64,000 nucleotides of DNA, taken from Takakia lepidozioides (taxonomy: Eukaryota; Plantae; Bryophyta). Both the position numbers and the translations under genes were made by a program. The notes beneath the pieces were generated by a model. It saw nothing but the letters and a program-made list of their open reading frames with translations, made no database searches and was not told where the DNA came from. Positions 40,101-51,064 of the stretch are shown here, in pieces (the first letter of the stretch is position 1; every line of letters begins with the position of its first letter). The stretch covers positions 16,182,001 to 16,246,000 of the forward strand of contig CM060733.1 in the NCBI GenBank assembly GCA_030704615.1, in the 5' to 3' direction.

Positions 40101-40562
40101 TGCAAACTGGCTAATTGCAGAGAATAACCAAAAGACGCTCACAAGTTGGTACAGACCCGACATGCAATCAAAGCTATGGAAGATGAGTGCACCACCACCA
40201 GGCTTAATAGCAGGAGAAAACATGGACGAAGACATATGTTTCCTGGAAAACAAGAGATGGCTGCATGCTGAGCACAAAGTCATAATAAATGGGAAAACGC
40301 CAAGGAGCACACTGGCAGCACAAAATCACACAGAAGAGGAGCACATATCGCCTGTTGAACGCGGAATACTGAAGGGCACACTCGCAGCACTCAACTCTGT
40401 CCCAGCTAAGTTCACTACCCAGCCTGGTAGCACTAGAATGCAATTGCTCATTACCGTCGTCAACTTTAGAGGGAATGCCAACACATATCAATTGTCTATT
40501 TTAATGGCTACTCGGATATACCAAGGTGCCTCCCAAAACTATATGGTATGGAGACCCCTATG

Positions 40563-41611
40563 TTACCTATCCTTTGATGGATATTCATTTCGTGGCCTCT
40601 GATAACGATTACCCATATTGTATCGTCTTGATTCGTCCGATCCTCCCCGTCGGATTTGGACTTGGTGTACCCCCACCTCTCGTGTGTACCCAGTCTTCTT
40701 GGCCCATTGGTTGTAAATACAATGGCTGGTATTATGATTGTTCATATGACAAATATCACAGTATTTGTCCTTCATATGGCATTCCGTTGCCAGTTGTCCT
40801 GCAGTCCCGCATTTGTGACACCATGTTGCCTTTCGTGGCCCTTCATCTTTAAAATTCTTGATAGCCTCTGCTATCTTCTAATCCAAAGTGGTTTTGTCAA
40901 TCACTTCTTTCTTCTTTTGCTTGGGCTTTTCTTCATCATCAGAGTCTTCTTCCTCCAAGAGATCTTTGGAATCTTTACTTCTGCTCTGATGGAATCCCAA
41001 TTCCAACTTCTTTGCAGTCCCTACTGCTTCAGCCAAAGTGTTGTTAGGCATGAATGTAACCATGGTTACGTATTCAGGACGAAGTCCATTGATGAACCAT
41101 GATTTTTGCAAATCATCCCCTGGTGCTTGAGGTAGTTTCCTGATCAGAGTCTTCATTCTCTCCAGGTAGTCGACTATCAATTCTTTCTTTTTCTGTCTTA
41201 GGTTCTGTAATCCTGTGAAGATTTCAGACGTGGATTTGTTGGATCTATATCTTTCTTGAAACGCGGCTCTCATATCTGCCCAATTCGCAAAATGATTGGC
41301 TGGGAAGGTTGCCAACCATTCAATGCCTTTTCGGGCCATTGAACAAAGAGATAGTCGGATCTTCTCTTGGTCTGTTGTTTCATTGTAAATGGTGCACATG
41401 TTTTCAAATTGATTAAGATGGATATCTGGATTAGATTTCCCATCATATAAAGGAAATGGTGGTCTGGTTTTGCTTGCTGTTAAAGCCATCGGTGCAGCTG
41501 GTGCAACTGGTTGTCCAAACTGGGATGGTCCCACTGCTGCTGGCTGTGGTGGTGTTGGTGTTTGTCTTCCAAACAGTGATTCAAAGCTAGGAGGTCCGGT
41601 TATCCTTTCTG
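40563..41611 (-). pseudogene. Gypsy-type gag relic (Retrotrans_gag plus CCHC knuckle), 5'-truncated
   Basis: PFPLYDGKSNPDIHLNQFENMC...NWADMRAAFQERY...QKSWFINGLRPEY, then frameshifted CDICHMNNHNTSHC; cut at ~41611 by Copia sequence. Confidence 0.78.
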
Positions 41612-42055
41612 CCGAAATATCATTCAAGGACGAAGCACATTGAAGTGCAACATCACTACATACGGAAGTTGTATGCAAGGGAGAGATCAAGATGATCTAT
41701 TGTGCTATATGGTTGCGGATGTTTTGACGAAGAGTCTACCACAAACAAAACACATGAAGTGTTCAACCTTACTTGGTGTCTCTTCTTCAAAGACAAACGA
41801 AGTACTCAATGATATGGTTTAATTGAGTGGGAGTGTTGGAAGTAATTAAACATATCTACAACCAGACATACTGACAAGTCACAGTTAACAATAGAGATAA
41901 GCCTCGGTTAGCTAAAAGATAGCTAAAGTTAGCTTCAGTGATTAAGTCATTGTACCAGAATAGCAGGTGGAGATAACTTAAGTTAAAGCATGGAGTTATG
42001 CTATAGTTATCTCAGCTATTTCTGGATTAGACTTTGAGTATAAATAGGGAGAGCT
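41612..42055 (+). mobile_element. Copia 'A' 3' fragment: RNase H end, PPT and 3'-truncated type-A LTR
   Basis: 41612-41800 matches 24176-24376; purine tract TTGAGTGGGAG at 41823-41833; LTR 41834-42055 matches the reverse complement of ~7311-7540. Confidence 0.94.
42039..42046 (+). promoter_or_regulatory. LTR TATA box (TATAAATA) about 10 bp before the LTR/GPAT junction
   Basis: Canonical TATA in the type-A LTR (also at 7320-7327 on the minus strand); activity not demonstrable from sequence. Confidence 0.55.
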
Positions 42056-42917
42056 TGGTGCCTGCCAACAAGGTACAAGCCGTGCAAAAGGAGACGCTTT
42101 CGAAGCCGATCGTGTTCCACGACGGGCGTCTCGTGCAACGCCCTACTCCACTCAACGCTCTTCTCACCCGCGTCTGGATGCCTATCGGTTTCCTTCTTGC
42201 CGTGCTTCGGATTGCTGCAGGGTCCTTGCTCCCCATGTCCTTGACATACTACGCTTACGTTGCCCTCGGGGTGCGTGTAAAGGTCACGGGAACACCCCCA
42301 CCTGCAGTGAAGGATGGAAAACAGGGAGTCCTGTTTATCTGCTCCCATCGGACCTTGTTGGACCCCATCTTCCTGTCGGTAGCCCTCAGGCGACCTATCA
42401 CCGCAGTCACATACTCCATTTCACGTGTCTCGGAGGCCCTTTCCCCAATATCAAGACGGTTGCTTTGACTCGCAACAGAGAGCAAGATGCTGCCAACATC
42501 AGCAAGCTTTTGGAAGGAGACATAGCCATCTGCCCAGAGGGAACAACATGCCGGGAGCCATTTCTTCTACGATTCTCAGCGCTTTTTGCGGAGCTGACGG
42601 ACAAGATCGCCCCCGTGGCGATGTTCAACAGAATGTCCATGTTCCACGGCACGACCGCCACAGGGTGGAAGGGCATGGATCCTTTCTTCTTCTTCATGAA
42701 CCCAAGACCTGTCTACGAGGTTACATTTTTGAACCAACTGCCTATGGAGCTTACATGTGCGGGTGGAAAAACATCGGTGGAGGTAGCCAACTACATCCAA
42801 AGGGTTATTGCAGGGACACTGAGTTTCCAGTGCACAAACTTCACTCGCAGGGACAAGTACAAGGTTCTCGCTGGGAATGACCAAGTCGCATTCTACCGGC
42901 AAGATTACCAGTTGCTA
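42056..42917 (+). pseudogene. RAM2-like GPAT copy C, 3' part (acyltransferase domain only, frameshifted)
   Basis: Starts at VPANKVQ; nearly identical to the reverse complement of 46263-47146; 2-bp insertion near 42449, 3-bp deletion near 42515, 20-bp deletion near 42881. Confidence 0.95.
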
Positions 42918-44609
42918 AAAGTTCTGTGTGCCCGAACTCGGCCATTATACTCTGCCACCCCACTGATCTGAAGGAGGCTGTTTTTCTTGCACGAATTCAG
43001 TGAATGGGTGTAACTTAATGGAGCGACTTGACTCGCTACTAAACTAGACCTTTGCCTGCGAGCTGCAGCCATTCTTAGAATCTGCGCTTCTCAAGTCTTG
43101 GGATTTCTCTCAAAGAGAGAGGGCCCTTACTTTCAGTATACACAGGCGCAAAGCTGCTAGGTCTACCAATTGCATTATTCAAAACTTCACTGTAGAGTTA
43201 ATCCATCACAAAACAATTGTAGTTTTAGAAACTCCAAATTAGAAAGCACAGTTTCCGATTGTACATAATGTACCATGGTGAAAATTTGCGTTCTGCACAA
43301 CTTGCAGGTACCATCTTCAATTCAAATCGATCCTGAGGTTCCCATGATGTTCACGAATAGCTTCTTTCAGATGGTAGTCCTCGCGCTCACAAAATTTATT
43401 GTGCCAACACAGGGTCATTCTCCTCGCTGAGTGAAGTACTCAATGGATCACATCTTTGCTAACTGTACATCGATTAGATAGACACAAGTACCTGCAATGA
43501 CGTTTCTTTTAAGCAGTTGTTTACATCATGAATCTTCATCGGTATTGTGCTGGGATAACTAGTCAACATTTCAAGAACCCCACCCCAAGTGGCAGACTGT
43601 CCAGAAGTTATGTCCACAACTCAACTAGAGAGCTGGATATGAGCTTCACAAAAATTACCTCATAAAGCTCTGTCATTTGGTATGTTTTGAACTGTCAAGT
43701 GCAAGTTCCAGAGCGATATGTGGTGAACATTTATTGTGGCGTGTTTCGAGCACAAGATAGGAACATAGCTTCCTTTCCAACTCTTCAACCCCCATTGATA
43801 GTTTAATTTGTCTTCAAATTCCTTCTGACACAACTTGTTTCATATGATCTCAAACGTCCAGAAGTGTAAAAACTTTTGGTCAAGCTTTCCTGCTGTGTGT
43901 ATGCTCAGCAGGGTCAGTCCGGTAATTTGTGCCGGGGAGCTATGGTACCCTGCACTATGCTTGTCTTGGTAGGCAACTTGGTGGGAGGTAGTTTCCATCA
44001 ATAAAGCCTCGCTCCCATGTTTTGTGCTTAACATCTGGTTCTTGAGTTTGAAGCGAAGGGATATCGTTTATGTGACTTGGAATTTTACAGCACTGTTGTA
44101 CTGATTCGCCATATAATGGTGGGTTAGCTTTTTTGCATGCATCTCATTATGTTTGTTTGTCCTAGTAGCCGTTGATGGTTGGCTCACTCGTCTCTGGATG
44201 TCAATAGTCGTTCTGTGAGCTCCCTTGATTGGGAACATGAAGATGAGAGGGGGTGTATTAATTTGTGTTGAAATACTGGGACTGTGAATCCACTCCAAGA
44301 CACCAAATAATTGATGGAGTATGTTTTTGTTAAGAAGGCAGTGGTGCTTCAATAGCAATGACACTTGTAACTCTGCAGACTATGACAACAACTGCTCCAA
44401 GTGCCCTTCTACATAGGTAATAAGTGAAATAGCCATCAGCCAGAACAGAACCTGGAAATCGCTAGAGAGGTAATGGGTTTACAGAATGTAGCAATGTGTA
44501 CCAAATGACTTTAGGTCACATTTGATCGTCACATTCTACATTTGATTATCAAATGTTCTTACAATTTGCAGTTTTCTCCACTCTTCTCTGCTGCAAGATA
44601 CAAAATTTG

Positions 44610-45237
44610 TCAGGACTGGAACAAATCAGACTGTAACTTAGCGGTGCTACTAGCGGGACGCCAAGACAGCTCACTTGGAGGAGTCAAATTAGACTTAGAG
44701 CCTGGGTTCTTGAAGCAATCCAAGCATACATCCCTGAAGAACTCTTCAACCATCTCCAAGTAGCATGGTATGGTCAGTTGCATGTGGCTATCCAACAATT
44801 CATCAACGTCTTGGAAACTATTCACATCACCTTCCTCCACCATCATCCTGGCAACCTCGTTCTGGAATACAGCGATTGCCTCGTCTGAAGTTATGTGCTC
44901 ATGCAAACTGTCGATGTTAAATTGGGGTGCAACTCTCGTTTGTAGCCCTAATTTGGGCGAGGGCTGGAGGCCAGCAACCCGAAGTCCTTTCTTATTGCCG
45001 TATTTACAGCCACGACTTCACGGTCACTCCCGTTGACAACGGCTTGAAGCTTGTAGGCCTTGGGCTTTCGTCATATCTGAAGCTCCTGCCTTTCGAAATC
45101 TCTGTCTCTTTCAATCTGCCTGAGAGGTCTGCATTGCGCCTTCGATGTGATCTGCGAGAATTTGATTTGGTTTTAGAGATGGAGGAGGCGTGACTGATTA
45201 CGGCGGGTGTGCTGGTTGAAGACTTACAATGTTTTCG
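44610..45237 (-). pseudogene. OVATE-like (OFP17/OLP-type) transcriptional regulator gene or remnant
   Basis: C-terminal AIAVFQNEVARMMVEEGDVNSFQDVDELLDSHMQLTIPCYLEMVEEFFRDVCLDCF follows the OVATE-like pattern (F..MIVEEG....D.EELL...L..P...LV..F...C.D.F). The frame stays open to ~45017; an S/R/K-rich frame continues upstream after a frameshift; no ATG-initiated full ORF. Confidence 0.62.
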
Positions 45238-46262
45238 CTATCTGTTACCCAGTCCAATTTGTAGCTGAAACTGCAGCCCGGCCGGCTAACGTGACAAGAG
45301 TACGTGCACCCGCTTCCACGAAGAACATGGAGATGATTTGGCAAGTCGGATCCGTATATTCATGATCATTGTATGTGCGTGTTTGTTTTAATTAGAGAAC
45401 AAAAACCAGAACACAAACCAGTTGGGCATTCATGAATGACAATAACCGGTCACTGATCCTTAATTCATTCAGAGCTGCGAGTTGAAGGCCGTGGAGGACC
45501 AAGAACCCAGACTTTGATCTTGCTGTTAATAGTGCCGCACCGCAACCAACCCTACCAGGGAAGAAGTATCAGTCAGTAATCGCAGGAGATCGCAAACATT
45601 GACAAGTGAATATTTGGGGGATGTCATCATATCAAAGAGACATGCTTGCGTGAAACCGGGCTTGTCATCAATGTTGCTATCCCAGCGCCTGCCGAAGATT
45701 CATGATGTAAATTACTGCTGAAAATAAATGTCACAGCAGGTAGTGTCTATATAATCGATGTATGTACAGTTAGCAAAGACGTGATCTACTGAGTACTTCA
45801 GTCAGCGAGGAGAATGACCGTGGGTTGGCACAATAATTTTTGAAGAGGACGACCATCTGAAAGAAACTATTCGTGACAATCATCTGAACTTCAGGATCGA
45901 TTTGATTAATTGAAGATGGTACCTGCAAGTTGTGCAGTACGCAAATTCTCTTCATGGTACAATATGTACAATGGGAAACTCTGTTTTCTAAATTTGGAGT
46001 TTCTAAGACTACAATTGTTTTGGATGGATCGACTCTACAGTGAAGTTCTGTATACTGAAAGTAAGGGCCCTCTCTCTTTGAGAGAAATCCCAAGAATTGA
46101 GAAACGCAGATTCTATGAATGGCTGCAGCTCGCAGGCAAAGGTCTAGTTTAGTAGCGAGTCAAGTCGCTCCACTAAGTTACACCCATTCACTGAATTCGT
46201 GCAAGAAAAACAGCCTCCTTCAGATCAGTGGGGTGGCAGCTTACAATGGCCGAGTTCGGGCA

Positions 46263-47792
46263 CTAGCAACTAGTAATCTTGCCGGTGGAATGCGACTTGG
46301 TCTTTGCGGGCACGCTGCCGTCATTCCCAGCGAGAACCTTGTACTTGTCCCTGCGAGTGAAGTTTGTGCACTGGAAACTCAGTGTCCCTGCAATAACCCT
46401 TTGGATGTAGTTGGCTACCTCCACCGATGTTTTTCCACCCGCACATGTAAGCTCCATAGGCAGTTGGTTCAAAAATGTAACCTCGTAGACAGGTCTTGGG
46501 TTCATGAAGAAGAAGAAAGGATCCATGCCCTTCCACCCTGTGGCGGTCGTGCCGTGGAACATGGACATTCTGTTGAACATCGCCACGGGGGCGATCTTGT
46601 CCGTCAGCTCCGCAAAAAGCGCTGAGAATCGTAGGAGAAATGGCTCCCGGCATGTTGTTCCCTCTGGGCAGATGGCTAAGTCTCCTTCTTCCAAAAGCTT
46701 GCTGATGTTGGCAGCATCTTGCTCTCTGTTGCGAGTCAAAGCAACCGTCTTGATTGGGGAAAGGGCCTCCGAGACACGTGAAATGGAGTATGTGACTGCT
46801 GTGATAGGTCGCCCGAGGGCTACCGACAGGAAGATGGGGTCCAACAAGGTCCGATGGGAGCAGATAAACAGGACTCCCTGCTTTCCATCCTTCACTGCAG
46901 GTGGGGGTGTTCCCGTGACCTTTACACGCACCCCGAGGGCAACGTAAGCGTAGTATGTCAAGGACATGGGGAGCAAGGACCCTGCAGCAATCCGAAGCAC
47001 GGCAAGAAGGAAACCGATAGGCATCCAGACGAGGGTGAGAAGAGCGTTGAGTGGAGTAGGGCGTTGCACAAGACGCCCGTCGTGGAACACGATCGGCTTC
47101 GGAAGCGTCTCCTTTTGCACGGCTTGTACCTTGTTGGCAGGCACCACGTAGCCTTCCTTGCACAGAGCCATGAAGGGGTGGTCAGTCTTGCGGTCGCCCA
47201 GGCCAACGTCCGGTGCATCGTCCCCGAAAGCTGCCTTCAAAGCAATTTCTTTCTTCACACCCACAAGGACACCGGGGGCTTTGAGGAAACCTGTTGCGCG
47301 CCCGTTCCTGGTCACCTCGATCTCGGACCCAAGCACCGCATCGGCACCCAGATACTCCTTTGCAAAGGTCTCCACCATTATGCGGGGATTGGCAGTCAGA
47401 ACATAGCGCTTCCCAAAGGAGGAAAACACACGCCATGTCTCTAGGTGCAGATCCTCGCAGTAGAACTTTGGCAGAACCGCGCGCGCTACAGTCTCAATTT
47501 GAGTCACTTTGAGACCAGCAAAGGTGACAAAGACTAACACCTGGATCCCTGCTGCTTCTGAGACGAAGTGATAAAGGAACCAAGCAATGGGGGCGAAGAG
47601 GAGGAGGAGGAGGGAACGGAGAAAGCCGCCGGCCTCGAATGCCACCAGCATGAAGTAGGGAAATGAGCTCCGCCCTCTGACCAGGGTGCCATCCAAATCG
47701 GATATCACGGTCTGTTTCTCTCGTCCATCGGAGCTGCATTTCTCAATGTAATCGAAAGGCTCCGGCCCAGATATCTTCGCCTTCGGACCCAT
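46263..47792 (-). CDS. GPAT: sn-2 glycerol-3-phosphate acyltransferase/phosphatase, RAM2-like (land-plant ER GPAT family), intronless, intact (copy A)
   Basis: 509 aa from ATG to stop. HAD motifs DLDGT and K...GLGDRKTD; PlsC motifs HRTLLD and [22 protein letters not shown]. Residues recalled as RAM2-type (GREKx[44 protein letters not shown]) rather than GPAT4/6/8-type. Confidence 0.95.
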   Translation of the reverse strand: MGPKAKISGPEPFDYIEKCSSDGREKQTVISDLDGTLVRGRSSFPYFMLVAFEAGGFLRSLLLLLFAPIAWFLYHFVSEAAGIQVLVFVTFAGLKVTQIETVARAVLPKFYCEDLHLETWRVFSSFGKRYVLTANPRIMVETFAKEYLGADAVLGSEIEVTRNGRATGFLKAPGVLVGVKKEIALKAAFGDDAPDVGLGDRKTDHPFMALCKEGYVVPANKVQAVQKETLPKPIVFHDGRLVQRPTPLNALLTLVWMPIGFLLAVLRIAAGSLLPMSLTYYAYVALGVRVKVTGTPPPAVKDGKQGVLFICSHRTLLDPIFLSVALGRPITAVTYSISRVSEALSPIKTVALTRNREQDAANISKLLEEGDLAICPEGTTCREPFLLRFSALFAELTDKIAPVAMFNRMSMFHGTTATGWKGMDPFFFFMNPRPVYEVTFLNQLPMELTCAGGKTSVEVANYIQRVIAGTLSFQCTNFTRRDKYKVLAGNDGSVPAKTKSHSTGKITSC

Positions 47793-48869
47793 GGTATTAT
47801 GGTGTTGAGGAAGACCCGATCTGTGTGGGTAGTGCAGAGGCCGATGACGGAGTGTAGCTCAGTGTATTTGTCAGACACGTCGGAGAGAGAGAGAGAGAGA
47901 TGAGGGTGGTGGTAGCGGGGAAGAGCGGGTGGGGAGGAAGGGAGGCGATGAGAGAGAGTGATGGTGTGAGGGAGTGAGCGCAGTGTGCGGGGTAATATAC
48001 TGGGACACTGGTCAGTCAACCCTCGTTGACAAGGACCTGTGCTCTGGCCTGGCGCGTCCAACTTAGGTCTTATTATTACCTCTTCCGCCACCCTCTGCTT
48101 CTCCGGTCCTCAAAGGGACAAGGAAAAAGGACAGCGGGTGATTGTGGGTAAAAGATCCCGACTGCCACAGTGCGCTTCCTGCAAGTTTCCCAGCAACTTA
48201 AGTATTCCTGCTCTTGTTGGAAACAAAGTAGATAACACAGAAACGATATAATATCCCAGCGAATGACGGTAGGGAGCAGACAACTTCCCGTGTTTGTACG
48301 CAGAGTAAACGCGGTTGATTCGCTTGGTCGCAGTCAACTGCGGGGCCCACTTACAGACCGCGGACACGTTGTGGGCCAGCATTTTTTTTTTCATTTAAGA
48401 TTTTGAGCGATGTTGGCTCCTGGCTGGCCTATGAGGAAGATCAATTCGAACCGAGCTAGGGATCTCGATTGGTATTGGATGGTTTGATGGCAGGCAGAGA
48501 CCACACACTGATTCCTGATGAACCAAGCATTGGAGATGTGCTGATTTGCTTCAGCCGACGCTCACGAAATGCCTACGCAGACCCTTGTTTGTACTTCTTC
48601 AACCCTGCTTGGAGAATAGCTGATGGTGATTTATGTCTTAGAGTGATACATGCTGGAGGTAGAACAACCATTGTACTTTGGATAAGAGAGTTAGGAAGGT
48701 GGGAGAAGACAAACACCATGGCACGAGAGGTGACATGGGGAGGTAGAGTAGAGATGTTACGAAATGGACAGTGGGAGTGGTATAGAGGTCAGCATTAAGG
48801 GTGTTGTAGGAAAATTAGAATCAGAATTAGGTGTTAAACCAGTTTTAACTCAGACTAGAGTGTAGAAGA

Positions 48870-49274
48870 ATGACCAGTCCAACTAGCATAGATGTGCCTT
48901 ATCATGGTAGGAATAGTGAAGATGTGAATGACTGGCTGGAAAGGATTCAGATGGAGGCAGATGTCAGAGATTTAAATGAGGATAAAACCTTCAAGGTAGC
49001 AAGGCTCAACCTGAGAGCCAAGGCTGATGAATGGTACCGTAAACAAAACCCTAGACCAGACAACTGGGAAGATTTTAGGGCAGCCATATCAGCCAAGTTT
49101 GGTGTCATTGACTTGGCAGAAATCAGGCTGAGGATGGATACCATCAAACAGGAAAGTAGACAAAGGGTTCAGACATACTTTGATAGGTTGAACCGGTTGT
49201 TTATAAAGAAGTGGGGCTCTTGGGAACAGAGGCGTAGATTTGCAGCAGGGTTGAGACCTGAAATAGGCGGATAA
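48870..49274 (+). pseudogene. Retrotransposon gag fragment
   Basis: YHGRNSEDVNDWLERI...LRAKADEWY...NWEDFRAAISAKFG...QESRQRVQTYFDRL...FAAGLRPEI resembles Gypsy Retrotrans_gag. Confidence 0.72.
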
Positions 49275-49829
49275 GCGAAACCTAAACGAGAGTTCCCTCT
49301 ATAAAGCGGGAAGAGTTTGAACCCAAGGCTTTGCTCCTTGCGGAGGGTGGTAGGGTTTCTAGAAATCGATAGGCAAGATCATTTGGATCTAACGAACCCG
49401 AATGGCATGTGGCTCTTTCCTTGTGCGATAGCTGTAGAGGCGGCGTCCTCATTGCAACGACATGATGGAATTAGGGAGGGCAGTAATGCGAAACAGTGTC
49501 ATATTTTAACCCATAATTTCTTTGAAGATTTCATGAGGCCAGTTTCTTCCTCAAAAAGTGGCGAAATTTCGCGCATAAAAAAAACGTTGTTATGGGCCCT
49601 AAAAAGGCGCCTAGCTATTTTCTATGTGGAAACCTTCTCAGACAGGAAGTTTTCATCCTGATACGAGACGCACCTTAGGAAAATTGTAACTTGATGATTT
49701 TTGGTTTTTTTCCCCCTTAAAACCCAACTCACCATGCCATTAATGGCGCTTGTATGAACTAGTAACGTCGGTATCTTCAAATATTACCGAGAGGCTCAGC
49801 CCTTCAGTTTTTTTTCGATTTCTGTTGAC

Positions 49830-50097
49830 AGTCGATAGGTGGGCCAATAACTAATTTAGAATGAACAAATCAACATTGTTTGGAATAGCTCAGAGACTCA
49901 GGCCATTGATTATCATGCATGACACTAAATATCGCAAGGCGGTTCGTGTTGAGATTTGAGTTGCATGTTCAGTTTATAAATTAGCTCAAGGAGCAAATCT
50001 GTTGATTTGTAGTGAATTGTTTGTTGTCGGCTGTGTATTGCTCCATGAGTTTGTACATGCTATGAATATTGTATATGAAGATGTCATTCAGTGGCAT
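49830..50097 (+). pseudogene. PIF/Harbinger (HARBI1-like) DDE transposase N-terminal fragment
   Basis: Reads FRMNKSTLFGIAQRLRPLI..DTKYRKAVRVEI*VACSVYKLAQGANLLICSELFVVG, the HTH region of Harbinger transposases; internal stop codon; absent from the ORF track. Confidence 0.75.
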
Positions 50098-50138
50098 TTG
50101 CAGGTGATTATTACTATGTCAAACTGGTGGGTACAGTA

Positions 50139-50370
50139 GAGAGAAAACTCCGACCGAAGCCGACGTGACTAAGAGCCACTTCACCTTGGGGCTACTGCCC
50201 CTTTGGGGGGTGGGCCCTATGTGGCTACAGTACTATTGTGGCACAAGCTATTATAGATTGTAATAAGAAGTTGGTCGATGTCATAGGGCCCACCCCCGAA
50301 AAGGGGGCAATAGCTGCGAGGCAAAGTGGCTCTTGGTTATGCGGGCTTCGGTCGGAGTCTTTTCTCTCTC
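50139..50370. repeat. Foldback/MITE-like inverted repeat (~83-bp arms) flanked by TA
   Basis: GAGAGAAAACTCCGACCGAAGCC...GGGCCCTATG pairs with CATAGGGCCC...GGCTTCGGTCGGAGTCTTTTCTCTC; TA at 50137-50138 and 50371-50372. Confidence 0.85.
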
Positions 50371-50568
50371 TATTTCATTGATGTCTTTATGGGTTTACCT
50401 GGGTTTGTCAATGATTGTCGGGTGTAAGAACAGTGCATCTCTATTGAAGTTTGAAGATAGATTCCAGATTTTCGTGGAATGACATCTTATGGTCGAAGAA
50501 CGGATTAGAGTCAAACACAAGGTATGGTGGACTGTGAGTATGCTAGCTGGTTTGGCTTTAAGGCGGAC

Positions 50569-50748
50569 CTTGTACATGGCGTCGGCTTAATAATGTTGCA
50601 AAGCATGGTTTTTTTTAACTCAATATTAATCACTTTGCAATAGAAAAGGTATCGGTTAGTCTTGTACATGGCGCTGGCCTAATAATGTTGCAAATCATGG
50701 TCCTTTTAACTTCAGTATATTATTCACTTTGCAATAGAAAATGTATCG
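50569..50748. repeat. ~90-bp direct tandem duplication
   Basis: CTTGTACATGGCG...TAATAATGTTGCAAA...TCACTTTGCAATAGAAAA..TATCG occurs twice. Confidence 0.85.
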
Positions 50749-51064
50749 ACATTAGCTGGGCCAATCAATGCACATATTTATGAAGTCTAGGGGACAGTCA
50801 ATGTCAAATTTCCCTTCCGTCACAAACTGGTTCATAAAAGCCAAACTGTCATATGTAAACAAGGAAGCTCAATTGTCTTTCCATCTCCAAGAATTTACTA
50901 GGCCATCATGGGATGTCTTCATTTTGAAAACAACAGGCTAAAACCAGCAATCACAAGTAGACAAGTTGTGGCACACTTTTAGCAATAACCAGATGTGGTA
51001 TTACTCATTTTAATAGAATACAATGCTGACTCTACTAGCATACCAGCAGGCTTTTGCTACTTCA

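Noticed and set aside
37700-40500. Numerous 60-180 aa ORFs
   Set aside because: No recognisable domains; probably the degenerate 3' region/LTR of the gag relic at 40563-41611, with boundaries not definable.
42034-42971. LTR-initiated acyltransferase-only GPAT protein
   Set aside because: The start is a TTG upstream of the TATA box, and a 2-bp insertion near 42449 splits the catalytic domain.
46321-47444. Long alternative-frame and antisense ORFs overlapping GPAT
   Set aside because: Shadow ORFs caused by GC-rich codon usage.
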